Assembly: GCA_950097015.1 (NCBI GenBank) | Contig: CATNEN010000001.1 | Span: 9,052,001-9,116,000, forward strand | DNA length: 64,000 bases | Reading direction: 5' to 3' | Origin: Macrostomum hystrix | Lineage: Eukaryota; Animalia; Platyhelminthes | Shown here: one piece after another, positions 35,517 to 48,694 of the stretch | Layout: each line of letters opens with the position of its first letter | Position numbering within the stretch: the first letter of the stretch is position 1 | Notes under the pieces: generated by a model | Seen by the model: only the letters and a program-made list of their open reading frames with translations | What the model was told of the DNA's origin: nothing | Database searches by the model: none | Program-made: the position numbers and the translations under genes

Positions 35517-35749
35517 GTCGTGACGCCCAGATGGTGCCGAAAGTGGCATTCTACGCTCACCTGTACAACAACACTCACCAGGATCCGTTCACAGACGAGT
35601 CCAAGAATGGTCAGGAGCCAATTGTAAAGTTTGAAATGGTCGAACTGAACTCTGGCAACGCTTACGACCCGAAAACTGGAGTATTCACAGCGCCAGTGGC
35701 CGGGGTCTATCAGATCTATGTGAAAATAGCGGCTCAAGGACAGCGCACG
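35517..35749 (+). CDS. Collagen/C1q protein exon 2 (N-terminal half of the globular C1q domain)
   Basis: Phase-1 acceptor cacgcAG|GT at 35516. Encodes 'KVAFYAHL...IVKFEMVELNSGNAYDPKTGVFTAPVAGVYQI', the gC1q signature. Donor ACG|GTAGGT at 35750. Confidence 0.93.
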
Positions 35750-35989
35750 GTAGGTTTAACGGTAGGTCGGACTGACAGCCGCAGATGAGAACAAACAATT
35801 AAGAGAAAACGGAAGAAAATTTGAGCCGACGAGAAATTAAGTGAGAATTTTTTGATGTAAAAATTCGGTGAAGTCAACCCATTTGTTAATTTTTCAGTCT
35901 TTATTTCTTTTATTTCTTTATTCATTTATTTGAAACCCGAGAACAGACCCTCAAATTCTGTGTATAGCTTCATGGACTTTATTTTGACC

Positions 35990-36050
35990 TGACCTTACCG
36001 GGGACTGGAACTCACGACCTTGGATAACAGAGTCTGTAGCTTTCTCAACT
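35990..36050 (-). mobile_element. Degenerate tRNA-derived SINE head
   Basis: Reverse complement 'agctacagactctgttatccaaggtcgtgagttccagtccccggt' has a tRNA-like layout. Confidence 0.4.
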
Positions 36051-36225
36051 CAATATTCCGTAGTTGCCCAAAGCAATGACTACAATCATTTGCTGGATAA
36101 AAATACTTTCTAATTATCGAGTTAAATCATACGAAAAATAATTGTTGTAGTTGATAGTAATAACAAAGTTAATATTTTAGAATAATCTTGCTTACATCTT
36201 GCGTTTTCTAATTACTAATTTAAGT

Positions 36226-36590
36226 AGGAGGAGGAGAGTGAGGAGGAGGAGGGTGAGGGCGGTGAGGAGGAGGGTGAGGAGGGTGAGGAGGAGGGTGAGG
36301 AGGAGGAGGAGGAGGAGGAGGAGGAGGAGGAGGAGGAGGAGGAGGAGGAGGAGGAGGAGGAAGAGGAGGAGGAGGAGGGTGAGGAGGAGGAGGAGGAGGA
36401 GGAGGGTGAGGAGGAGGAGGAGGAGGAGGGTGAGGAGGAGGAGGAGGAGGGTGAGGAGGAGGGTGAGGAGGAGGGTGAGGAGGAGGAGGAGGAGGAGGAG
36501 GGTGAGGAGGAGGAGGAGGAGGGTGAGGAGGGTGAGGAGGAGGAGGAGGAGGACGGAGAGGAGGAGGGTGAGGAGGAGGGTGAGGAGGAA
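36226..36590. repeat. (GAG)n microsatellite interrupted by GTG
   Basis: Directly visible. Confidence 0.96.
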
Positions 36591-38794
36591 GTTAGGGAGG
36601 GTGGAGAGAATATACTCGTAATGTGGATTTATTAGACGATTGCGAGAGATCAAGAGATAGAATTTTAAAGGTTTTCCCAAAATCACAGCAGACTCAAATA
36701 GTTAGACTATCAGCATAGTTTAGTGTCCTGTCCAAGTGAATCGCAGCATTTATGCGTTTTTTACCACTCTGCACTTTTTGTTTAGTCTTAGATTTAACAA
36801 ACTTACGGATTCGTAATTATTTTGTTAATTTTTTCGTCGTCTATTAAATCTTGCAGTTTTTCTTGTGTTTTCCTAGCATTTAGTCTCCACTTGAATCTAA
36901 CCATTCGTTAGTTGTATTGTGCGTTATTAATGAGTAGGTATCAATGAAATTAAAATTATATTAAAAAATGCAATTATTTAACTAAAAAATGCGAAAGGAA
37001 AGTATCAGAAGATAACATATTGTATTTAAAATAATTATAGACACACATTTTTACTTGGCAGACAATTAAGATACAAATGTTTTGTTACAAATTAACTAAA
37101 TAACAAGGTTATAACAAAACAGACTGAACAAACTTACAATGGGTTGACTTCAACATCGTCGGCTCATATTTTTTCAATCAAAATTTCAATAAAGATAGCT
37201 TTTAGTTTTTACAACAGTTTTTTGGATTTTTAACAACATTCTGCTTATACACATTAATGCATTGCATGCCTATAGTTAAAAACTGTATTTCATCACTGTC
37301 GCATGACTTTCTCAAAATGATAATCCCCGTGTGCAAATTTAACCGCCACATTAATTGCTTTTGTACCAGGCTTCTATTGTTTGTCCTTAATGCGTGACTT
37401 GAATTTTAGAATAATCAAAAATTTAAAACAGGACTAACATGCTCTTATAGGCCGGTAAAATATTGAAAATCATAGTTTTTACTTTCTATCATTTTCAGTA
37501 CAGCACAGTAAGTGACAAAAAAGATAGTAAACTTTATTGCTTAAATAAAACTTTTTTGCTTAAACAAACAAAACCCGATAGACATACCACGTGACAATTA
37601 TAATTTAAAATCGCACATCAAAAATGTAGCTTTTAAAACTGAAGTTTTCAGAAAATAGTCCCGAAAGTATTAATCAGTCATCAACCAATCAGAATCGAGC
37701 AGGGGTGAAGCGCAGCGTACACTGTCCAGTCATGGGGTACGTACGCAAGAGAGGTTTTAATTATTTAACCAATCAGAAAGTGGAAAAATTGTTAGAATTA
37801 TTTCTAGGTCATATTGCGCACACTATTATCCTGTTCACGAAACCTGCATTGCTCACAGTTAGATTCAGAAGGTTTGTTTATTGTACTACAATCCAAAGCA
37901 ATATTACACAATTGTACTTAGTTTGCATTATTAGCTGCCCCAGATTTACTTATTTCTGATTGTATTTAAACGCAGAGTTTTTCCTTTCAACAGGCTACCT
38001 ACCTGGGCACAATATGGTCTTTAGTTATCAGACAGATTGGATGGATGGATGCATTGTAAAAAATGTTATGTTTTTACTTTTTCGCTACAGAAGAAAACTG
38101 TAATATAATTTATTGGAGCAGACACGAGTCATTCAGACTTTTTCTGTCCCAAACCTATCGCAAAATCTTCTATTTCCATCCTTCAGACTTTGATTTCCCA
38201 ACGGAGTGGTTGACTTAGCAATGTCGCCAAGTTTCTGACGGCGGTGTTTTTGTGCGAACAAAAAATGGAAATTTCCCGAGAGCACATTTCTCACCACAAA
38301 TTTTTTACTGAGCCGCATTTGAGAGGCAGAAAAGCTGCAGCTGCTGCTGCATTTTCAGTTCTCAGCGAATCGTTGCCATGTGTGCTGGGCCAGTTTGTGA
38401 TTCAGCAGTTATCAATCATCGCCTACATCTCTTCGCTTTCTCTTCATCACAAAATGAAGAACGGCCTTTGCTTGTTGTTCATCTGTATTTTCTTCCAAAG
38501 CATTGATTATCAACCAGGGGGTTGGGTAGAGAACAGAAAAATCCCTCATCCCCCCAAAAAATAGACGACATAAAAACCCCAAAGCGCAGTGATTTTTGTC
38601 GCTTCCCATGCCGACCCAGAATTGGGATCCATCATCAGCTGCTACTTTCCGTCTCAACTCCTCCTAGTCTTTTCCCAATTTCATTCGTCAAATCCCATCG
38701 CTGATCTCTGCTGTGAGATGAAAAGTTACGGCAGAATCTGGAATAAAATGAATGTGAACTGATATATATATATAGGAGGAGTATGGAGTGAGAT

Positions 38795-40190
38795 TCAGAG
38801 TGACTGAATAATTTCAGAGTGACTAAATGAGTTTGAGAGTGACTGAATAAGTTTGAGAGTGACTGAATAAGTTTGAGAGTGACTGAATAAGTTTGAGAGT
38901 GACTGAATAAGTTTGAGTGTGACTGAATACGTTTGAGAGTGACTGAATAAGTTTCAGAGTGACTGAATGAGATTGAGAGTGACTGAATGAGATTGAGAGT
39001 GACTGAATAAGTTTGAGAGTGACTGAATGAGATTGAGAGTGACTGAATAAGTTTGAGAGTGACTGAATAAGTTTGAGAGTGACTGAATAAGTTTTGAGAG
39101 TGACTGAATAAGTTTCAGAGTGACTGAATGAGATTGAGAGTGACTGAATGAGATTGAGAGTGACTGAATAAGTTTGAGAGTGACTGAATGAGATTGAGAG
39201 TGACTGAATGAGTTTGAGAGTGACTGAATAAGTTTGAGAGTGACTGAATAAGTTTGAGAGTGACTGAATAAGTTTGAGAGTGACTGAATAAGTTTGAGAG
39301 TGACTGAATAAGTTTGAGAGTGACTGAATAAGTTTGAGAGTGACTGAATGAGATTGAGAGTGACTGAATGAGTTTGAGAGTGACTGAATGAGATTGAGAG
39401 TGACTGAATGAGTTTGAGAGTGACTGAATAAGTTTGAGAGTGACTGAATAAGTTTGAGAGTGACTGAATAAGTTTGAGAGTGACTGAATAAGTTTGAGAG
39501 TGACTGAATAAGTTTGAGAGTGACTGAATAAGTTTGAGAGTGACTGAATGAGATTGAGAGTGACTGAATGAGTTTGAGAGTGACTGAATAAGTTTGAGAG
39601 TGACTGAATAAGTTTGAGAGTGACTGAATGAGCTTGAGAGTGACTGGATGAGTTTGAGAGTAACTGAATGAGCTTGAGAGTGACTGAATAAGTTTGAGAG
39701 TGACTGAATAAGTTTGAGAGTGACTGAATAAGTTTGAGAGTGACTGAATAAGTTTGAGAGTGACTGAATAAGTTTGAGAGTGACTGAATAAGTTTGAGAG
39801 TGACTGAATGAGATTGAGAGTGACTGAATGAGTTTGAGAGTGACTGAATAAGTTTGAGAGTGACTGAATAAGTTTGAGAGTGACTGAATAAGTTTGAGAG
39901 TGACTGAATAAGTTTGAGAGTGACTGAATAAGTTTGAGAGTGACTGAATAAGTTTGAGAGTGACTGAATGAGATTGAGAGTGACTGAATGAGTTTGAGAG
40001 TGACTGAATAAGTTTGAGAGTGACTGAATAAGTTTGAGAGTGACTGAATGAGCTTGAGAGTGACTGGATGAGTTTGAGAGTAACTGAATGAGCTTGAGAG
40101 TGACTGAATAAGTTTGAGAGTGACTGAATAAGTTTGAGAGTGACTGAATGAGCTTAAGGGTGACTGGATGAGATAAAGAGTGACTGAATT
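38795..40190. repeat. 20-bp minisatellite (GAGAGTGACTGAATAAGTTT)n
   Basis: About 70 tandem units with repeated variant blocks. Confidence 0.97.
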
Positions 40191-40547
40191 TTGCATTCTG
40201 TTGAAAATCAATAGTAGCATATAAAAATGCACAAGTATATAAATTAAAAACGCCACCATTTTCGATGGAAAATCATCAGAATTGGGAATGATATATAATT
40301 TATAATTTAATTAGAAATTAAATTATATAATAATTTAATTTAATTATTATTTTAATTTAATTTAATTTAACTCTTTTTATAATTTAATGTCATATCGCAC
40401 TCTATTTACCACAGATTTTGTTATAACCTTTAGTATGAAAACAAAAACTCGCAACATGTTCGAACTACACTACCGTTAACCTAAGCATCAGTAGGCACTA
40501 GAGAAAAATCTAACTAATTCTCAAACAAATTTCCTATTCTACACCAG

Positions 40548-40793
40548 GCCGCAGTTCACGTGATGACTGGCTCCGGCAGTCAGAGGCGCCTGCTCTTTCC
40601 GCTGTGGTGCCAGTCGGTTCCTGACTGGGGCGACACCAGCAACCAACTTCTGGTGCGCCTTCAGAGAGCCGACACTGTCTGGGTGCAGTACCGCCAGTAC
40701 TGGTCCGCAGACAAGGTCTATGTGCCAGTCTGGTACCTTCATGGCTACTCTTATTCGGCCTTTTCCGGACATCTGGTCTACTCGGATGAGTAG
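40548..40793 (+). CDS. Collagen/C1q protein exon 3 (C-terminal half of gC1q)
   Basis: Phase-0 acceptor acaccAG|GCC at 40547. Encodes 'AAVHVM...DTSNQLLVRLQRADTVWVQ...YSAFSGHLVYSDE*', matching gC1q 'SNSVVLxLxxGDxVWV' and 'STFSGFLLY'. Confidence 0.92.
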   Translation, partial: AAVHVMTGSGSQRRLLFPLWCQSVPDWGDTSNQLLVRLQRADTVWVQYRQYWSADKVYVPVWYLHGYSYSAFSGHLVYSDE

Positions 40794-40964
40794 GCCGACT
40801 GCTCTGCAGAGATCGGATGAGAGCGGAGTTGAAAAACAATCTTTATTTTGTTTTGCTGCTTTTTATAACAAAACAGACTCATTTTCAACTCATACTGAAC
40901 GCTTTCTCATGTTCATGCCTCTGCGACTTGAGTAGAAACACAATGACGAGACTTAGAAGTAACA

Positions 40965-42640
40965 TGGATTGCTAGTCTAGCCTCCAATGGGTGAAGGAAT
41001 AGAATGGATTGCTAGTCTAGCCTCCAATGGGTGAAGGAATAGAATGGATTGCTAGTCTAGCCTCCAATGGATGAAGGAACAGAATGGATTGCTAGTCTAG
41101 CCTCCAATGGGTGAAGGAATAGAATGGATTGCTAGTCTAGCCTCCAATGGATGAAGGAACAGAATGGATTGCTAGTCTAGCCTCCAATGGGTGAAGGAAC
41201 AGAATGGATTGCTAGTCTAGCCTCCAATGGGTGAAGGAATAGAATGGATTGCTAGTCTAGCCTCCAATGGGTGAAGGAATAGAATGGATTGCTAGTCTAG
41301 CCTCCAATGGATGAAGGAATAGAATGGATTGCTAGACTAACCTCCAGTGGATGAAGGAATAGAATGGATTGCTAGTCTAGCCTCCAATGGGTGAAGGAAT
41401 AGAATGGATTGCTAGACTAACCTCCAGTGGATGAAGGAATAGAATGGATTGCTAGTCTAGCCTCCAATGGATGAAGGAATAGAATGGATTGCTAGTCTGG
41501 CCTCCAATGGATGAAGGAATAGAATGGATTGCTAGTCTAGCCTCCAATGGGTGAAGGAATAGAATGGATTGCTAGTCTAGCCTCCAATGGGTGAAGGAAT
41601 AGAATGGATTGCTAGTCTAGCCTCCAATGGGTGAAGGAATAGAATGGATTGCTAGTCTAGCCTCCAATGGATGAAGGAATAGAATGGATTGCTAGACTAA
41701 CCTCCAGTGGATGAAGGAATAGAATGGATTGCTAGTCTAGCCTCCAATGGGTGAAGGAATAGAATGGATTGCTAGACTAACCTCCAGTGGATGAAGGAAT
41801 AGAATGGATTGCTAGTCTAGCCTCCAATGGATGAAGGAATAGAATGGATTGCTAGTCTGGCCTCCAATGGATGAAGGAATAGAATGGATTGCTAGTCTAG
41901 CCTCCAATGGGTGAAGGAATAGAATGGATTGCTAGACTAGCCTCCAATGGGTGAAGGAATAGAATGGATTGCTAGTCTGGCCTCCAATGGATGAAGGAAT
42001 AGAATGGATTGCTAGTCTAGCCTCCAATGGGTGAAGGAATAGAATGGATTGCTAGTCTAGCCTCCAATGGGTGAAGGAATAGAATGGATTGCTAGACTAA
42101 CCTCCAGTGGATGAAGGAATAGAATGGATTGCTAGTCTGGCCTCCAATGGATGAAGGAATAGAATGGATTGCTAGTCTGGCCTCCAGTGGATGAAGGAAT
42201 AGAATGGATTGCTAGTCTGGCCTCCAATGGATGAAGGAACAGAATGGATTGCTAGTCTAGCCTCCAATGGGTGAAGGAATAGAATGAATTGCTAGACTAG
42301 CCTCCAATGGGTGAAGGAATAGAATGGATTGCTAGTCTAGCCTCCAATGGATGAAGGAATAGAATGGATTGCTAGTCTAGCCTCCAATGGATGAAGGAAT
42401 AGAATGGATTGCTAGTCTAGCCTCCAATGGATGAAGGAATAGAATGGATTGCTAGTCTAGCCTCCAATGGATGAAGGAATAGAATGGATTGCTAGTCTAG
42501 CCTCCAATGGATGAAGGAATAGAATGGATTGCTAGTCTAGCCTCCAATGGGTGAAGGAATAGAATGGATTGCTAGTCTAGCCTCCAATGGGTGAAGGAAT
42601 AGAATGGATTGCTTATGTAGAATGTAACTGACGAAGGAAT
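40965..42640. repeat. 40-bp minisatellite (ATGGATTGCTAGTCTAGCCTCCAATGGGTGAAGGAATAGA)n, ~41 copies
   Basis: Tandem units in perfect register, no spacers. Confidence 0.97.
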
Positions 42641-43189
42641 AGAATTGAATGAATTGAAATGGAAAATACAATTTGGGTTATGTATCTGTGTCATCACGAG
42701 GATCACCTATAAGTATAAATTCCTATCTTGGAACATAATTTACTATCACCATTTTCGATAACTATCAAACCAAGTCAATTTGCTTTGAATTTAATTTAGA
42801 GTAGTTGGTATATATATATACACATTTATTAACTAGAATTTATAGCTTTCTTTATCCCCTGCCCTACTTAAAGTAGTTTATTCGGGTCAGTCGTGCTTTT
42901 CTTACAGAATTTGCAGCCTAAAATATATATAATGTAGAAAAAAAATATAAAATGTCTACTATGTTCCAGCATAGTCTGTTAGATCGCACTGTTTGTCACG
43001 GTTGAAAAAGTAAATCTAGTTCTGCACTGAATGCACAGCTCTTAGAAATAAGATTTCCGTTAAGAGAAAATCAAATACAAAAGCTCAATGGTATTGATTG
43101 TCGACTATAACAAATCTGCTTATAAGAAACGTTACAGAAGTAAAATTGTTTTCGCTTTTGTTTAGAAGGAAGAGGTAGCAAAAATAGAC

Positions 43190-43770
43190 GAGAGAATGAG
43201 AAGGGAAGTGAGATAGCGAGAATGAGAAGGTGAGAATGAGAAGGGAAATGAGAAAGCGAGAATGAGTAGGCGAGAATGAAAAGGTGAGAATGAGTAGGTG
43301 AGAATGAGTAGGTGAGAATGAGTAGGTGAGCATGAGAAGGCGAGAATGAGTAGGAGAGAATGAAAAGGTGAGAATGAGTAGGTGAGGATGAGTAGGTGAG
43401 CATGAGAAGGCGAGAATGAGAAGGGAAATAAGAAAGTGAGAATGAGTAGGCGAGAATGAAAAAGTGAGAATGAGTAGGCGAGAATGAGAAGGCGAGAATG
43501 AGAAGGCGAGAATGAGAAGGCGAGAATGAGAAGGGAAATGAGAAAGTGAGAATGAGAAGGCTAGAATGAGTAGGCGAGAATGAAAAGTTGAGAATGAGTA
43601 GGCGAGAATGAAAAGTTGAGAATGAGTAGGCGAGAATGAAAAGTTGAGAATGAGTAAGCGAGAATAAAAAGTTGAGAATGAGTAGGCGAGAATGAGAAGG
43701 CGAGAATGAAAAGGGAAATGAGAAAGTGAGAATGAGTAGGTGAGAATGAAAAGGTGAGAACGAGTAGGCG
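43190..43770. repeat. Degenerate ~14-bp purine-rich repeat (GAGAATGAGTAGGC)n
   Basis: Tandem units. Confidence 0.9.
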
Positions 43771-44559
43771 TGAATCAGATGAGAAATAAGAAGACGATAA
43801 TGAGAACGTAAGAAATGACGAGTACATGAAGCAGATAGCCATTTAACAGTTGTCTAATCAACTTGACAAAGTCTAGACAAATTGGCAGACAAGAAACTAC
43901 ACAACTGATAATTGCTACATGAACATGAATACTCGTATAACTTGCTAAAGTAAGTTGCTATGTAAAATTCTACAGTTACAAAAAATCAATTTCACTAATT
44001 GGTCTGAGCGTATGTACGACTTTTAGTTTTGCAGTCAGTCTGAAAAGAGAGAAAGATAGGCACAGAAGCTGCAGTTGTGGCTTCCGATTCGTCCCCAACC
44101 ACAGCCTGTCATCACCGGCGAACTGTAGGAGCCGGTAGAAACCCAAAGCCAAGCAGCGAAGTGTGCAGTAAAGAAGGTTGAAGGCAGTTCAAGAAGAAAT
44201 TGGTACACGCACGCACGCAGAGAAAATCTGCTTTTTTCCCGCCGCCTCAGCAGAAAAATTGGCAAAAGCGAAAAATAACGAACAAAAAGCTGACTTCTGT
44301 TGGAGGAACGGTTCTTGGACTACTAGAATAATTCGTCTCGTATAGAATTTTGCTTTCAATTAGCAGCATGTTCCTATTTGCTGTTGCTTCATCTACGAGC
44401 TATTAGAATCTGGATTGCATGCAGATGAAGGAAAGATTGACTTTGCAAAATTTTATTCTACAGATTCATTACTCTGACTTGCTTACTTTATCCGATCGAC
44501 TTGAGTTTTAAGCTAGATTTTATACATATTGCAGACACCATCTTACTACGAGCGTACGC

Positions 44560-45255
44560 TGTCACTCCTTCCCCTGTCACTCCTTCACCTGTCACTCCCT
44601 CCCCTGTCACTCCTTCCCCTGTCACTCCCTCCGCTGTCACTCCTTCCCCTGTCACTCCTTCACCTGTCACTCCCTCCCCTGTCACTCCTTCCCCTGTCAC
44701 TCCCTCCGCTGTCACTCCTTCCCCTGTCACTCCTGTAACTCACTCTCTCAACTGTCACTCTTTCACCTGCCACTCCCCCCTGTCATTCCTTCACCTGACA
44801 CTCCCTCCCCTGTCATTCCCTCCCTGTCACTCCTTCCCCTGTCACTCCCTCCCTATCACTCCTTCCCCTGTCACTCCCTCCGCTGTCACTCCTTCCCCTG
44901 TCACTCCTGTAACGCGCTCTCTTAACTGTCACTCCCTCCCCTGTCACTCCCTCCCCTGTCACTCCCTCAACTGTCACTCCCTCCCCTGTCACTCCCTCAA
45001 CTGTCACTCCCTCCCCTGTCACTCCCTCCCCTGTCACTCCCTCAACTGTCACTCCCTCCCCTGTCACTCCCTCAACTGTCACTCCCTCAACTGTCACTCC
45101 CTCAACTGTCACTCCCTTAACTGTCACTCCCTCAACTGTCACTCCCTCAACTGTCACTCCCTCCCCTGTCACTCCCTCAACTGTCACTCCCTCCCCTGTC
45201 ACTCCCTCAACTGTCACTCCCTCCCCTGTCATTCCCTCATCTGTCACTCTCCGTC
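44560..45255. repeat. 15-bp minisatellite (CTGTCACTCCCTCCC)n
   Basis: Tandem units. Confidence 0.95.
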
Positions 45256-45804
45256 ACTGCCCCCCTCGAACTCTGACCGCAGCCCCTTGGCTAGTTGTCA
45301 GTCTTCATGCCCAATGCTGCATCAAGCATGAAGTTAAAAGGCACGACTTCCGGCTTTAGATTGGCCTCTCTTCAAACTCTTGACTGAGAAATTTTTCTGC
45401 CGCATCGAAAAAAATTCTCTCTCCCATGGGTTTCCAAGTCGGTTCAGAACACGTCAAAAATATTTCCCACAGAAAAATACTGGCAAGACACGGGCCCAAA
45501 TCCAGAATCGACATTGTCTATGCACATAGTGGCTAGCAAAAATATGTGTTTATTCTGAAAATAGCTCAGCACCAACGATATGTAAGCCAACAGCAAACTG
45601 CACTGGCCTAATGCTTGGCTTGAAAATATGGTTCTGTGTTGTGTCTGCTGTGCAATTCTTCTTACGCGGACCTGTAAATATAATATTTTTGACTATTATG
45701 GCACCCTTAGCATATATGACAATGCTTCCTGTAACTAGTCCTGAAATAGTCCAGTACTTCCTTTGTTGCATAACTTGTTCAGTCCTGCAGTTCCTCATTC
45801 ACAC

Positions 45805-48160
45805 AGTCCCTCAGACATCCAGTCCCTCAGCCATCCAGTCCCTCACACACCCAGTCCCTCAGTCATCCAGTCCCTCAGCCATCCAGTCCCTCAGTCATCC
45901 AGTCCCTCAGCCATCCGCAGTCCCTCAGACATCCAGTCCCTCAGACATCCAGTCCCTCAGTCATCCAGTCCCTCAGCCATCCAGTCCCTCAGCCATCCAG
46001 TCCCTCAGCCATCCAGTCCCTCAGCCATCCAGTCCCTCAGCCATCCGCAGTCCCTCAGACATCCAGTCCCTCAGCCATCCAGTCCCTCAGACATCCAGTC
46101 CGTCAGCCATCCAGTCCCTCAGTCATCCAGTCCCTCAGCCATCCAGTCCCTCAGCCATCCAGTCACTCAGACATCCAGTCCCTCAGACATCCAGTCCCTC
46201 AGCCATCCAGTCCCTTAGCCATCCAGTCCCTCAGCCATCCAGTCCCTCACACACCCAGTCCCTCAGTCATCCAGTCCCTCAGCCATCCGCAGTCCCTCAG
46301 TCATCCAGTCCCTCAGACATCCAGTCCCTCAGCCATCCAGTCCCTCAGACATCCAGTCCCTCAGTCATCCAGTCCCTCAGACATCCAGTCCCTCAGCCAT
46401 CCAGTCCCTCAGTCATCTATTCCCTCAGCCATCCAGTCCCTCAGACATCCAGTCCCTCAGACATCCAGTCCCTCAGACATCCAGTCCCTCAGCCATCCAG
46501 TCCCTCAGCCATCCAGTCCCTCAGCCATCCAGTCCCTTAGCCATCCAGTCCCTCAGCCATCCAGTCCCTCAGTCATCCAGTCCCTCAGACATCCAGTCCC
46601 TCAGTCATCCAGTCCCTCAGCCATCCGCAGTCCCTCAGACATCCAGTCCCTCAGCCATCCAGTCCCTCAGTCATCCAGTCCCTCAGCCATCCAGTCCCTC
46701 AGCCATCCAGTCCCTCAGCCATCCAGTCCGTCAGACATCCAGTCCCTCAGCCATCCAGTCCCTCAGCCATCCAGTCCCTCAGCCATCCAGTCCGTCAGAC
46801 ATCCAGTCCCTCAGACATCCAGTCCCTCAGCCATCCAGTCCCTCAGACATCCAGTCCCTCAGTCATCCAGTCCCTCAGACATCCAGTCCCTCAGCCATCC
46901 AGTCCCTCAGTCATCTATTCCCTCAGCCATCCAGTCCCTCAGACATCCAGTCCCTCAGACATCCAGTCCCTCAGACATCCAGTCCCTCAGCCATCCAGTC
47001 CCTCAGCCATCCAGTCCCTCAGCCATCCAGTCCCTTAGCCATCCAGTCCCTCAGCCATCCAGTCCCTCAGTCATCCAGTCCCTCAGACATCCAGTCCCTC
47101 AGTCATCCAGTCCCTCAGCCATCCGCAGTCCCTCAGACATCCAGTCCCTCAGCCATCCAGTCCCTCAGTCATCCAGTCCCTCAGCCATCCAGTCCCTCAG
47201 CCATCCAGTCCCTCAGCCATCCAGTCCGTCAGACATCCAGTCCCTCAGCCATCCAGTCCCTCAGCCATCCAGTCCCTCAGCCATCCAGTCCGTCAGACAT
47301 CCAGTCCCTCAGACATCCAGTCCCTCAGCCATCCAGTCCCTCAGACATCCAGTCCCTCAGACATCCAGTCCCTCACACACCCAGTCCCTCAGTCATCCAG
47401 TCCCTCAGCCATCCGCAGTCCCTCAGTCATCCAGTCCCTCAGCCATCCGCAGTCCCTCAGACATCCAGTCCCTCAGCCATCCAGTCCCTCAGACATCCAG
47501 TCCCTCAGCCATCCAGTCCCTCAGCCATCCAGTCCCTCAGCCATCCAGTCCCTCAGCCATCCAGTCCCTCAGCCATCCAGTCCCTCAGTCATCCAGTCCC
47601 TCAGCCATCCAGTCCCTCAGCCATCCAGTCCCTCAGTCATCCAGTCCCTCAGCCATCCAGTCCCTCAGCCATCCAGTCCCTCAGCCATCCAGTCCCTCAG
47701 TCATCCAGTCCCTCAGCCATCCAGTCCCTCAGCCATCCAGTCCCTCAGCCATCCAGTCCCTCAGCCATCCAGTCCCTCAGCCATCCAGTCCCTCAGCCAT
47801 CCAGTCCCTCAGACATCCAGTCCCTCAGCCATCCAGTCCCTCAGACATCCAGTCCCTCAGTCATCCAGTCCCTCAGCCATCCAGTCCCTCAGTCATCCAG
47901 TCCCTCAGACATCCAGTCCCTCAGTCATCCAGTCCCTCAGCCATCCAGTCCCTCAGTCATCCAGTCCCTCAGTCATCCAGTCCCTCAGTCATCCAGTCCC
48001 TCAGACATCCAGTCCCTCAGTCATCCAGTCCCTCAGACATCCAGTCCCTCAGACATCCAGTCCCTCAGCCATCCAGTCCCTCAGTCATCCAGTCCCTCAG
48101 TCATCCAGTCCCTCAGTCATCCAGTCCCTCAGACATCCAGTCCCTCAGCCATCCAGTCAC
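45805..48160. repeat. 16-bp minisatellite (CATCCAGTCCCTCAGC)n, ~145 copies
   Basis: Tandem units with a ~500-bp internal block duplication. Confidence 0.97.
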
Positions 48161-48694
48161 AATATCACTGGCGCGAATGCAGCATTTCCATCATAAAATG
48201 TCGAGTGTATCTGTTAAGATATATTCTTCTTTTTCCCCTTCTTTCGGTCGAAAATTAATTTACCAAAGTGGAACGGTCGGAGCCATGATAGGATTAGTCG
48301 GAACTATTAGCATAGATATTATACGACCGATAGTAAATACTATATGCGCTACAAAGCCCTCTTAATCATGTTTATGGCGCACAACCCCAACTACCGACCA
48401 AATTCCTTCTATATAATAAGTAGAAGTGTTTCCTCGCCAAGTTGGCTTTGAGTGTGTGCGAGGAAGGATGTTTCAGATCCCCAGATCAGATGATAAGAAG
48501 CCGACGGAAATGCGATCTACCCGTGACGTGGCTCTGAACTCGCATTTGTCTTCTGGTAGCAGAAATTAAATTAATAAGTCGTAAAATAATAATTTTGACA
48601 TGAAATTCCGTTTACCCTAATTCCCAAGAAGGCTTTCAACTGTGAAAGTGTTCCCGTGTGACTCTGTGGGGAGCCGCCATGCCAAGCTTTGCCC

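Noticed and set aside
34697-35788. 363-aa ORF fusing (VSIP)n to the C1q exon
   Set aside because: The repeat part is the intronic 12-bp array that happens to be open in frame. A proper polypyrimidine tract and AG at 35516 join exon 1 in the correct phase.
36199-36621. Protamine-like poly-Arg ORF and antisense poly-Leu ORF
   Set aside because: Translation of an intronic (GAG)n microsatellite with a non-ATG start.
40965-42640. CRISPR-like array (40-bp palindromic units; also the 43-bp array at 27228)
   Set aside because: No unique spacers, no cas genes, eukaryotic context.
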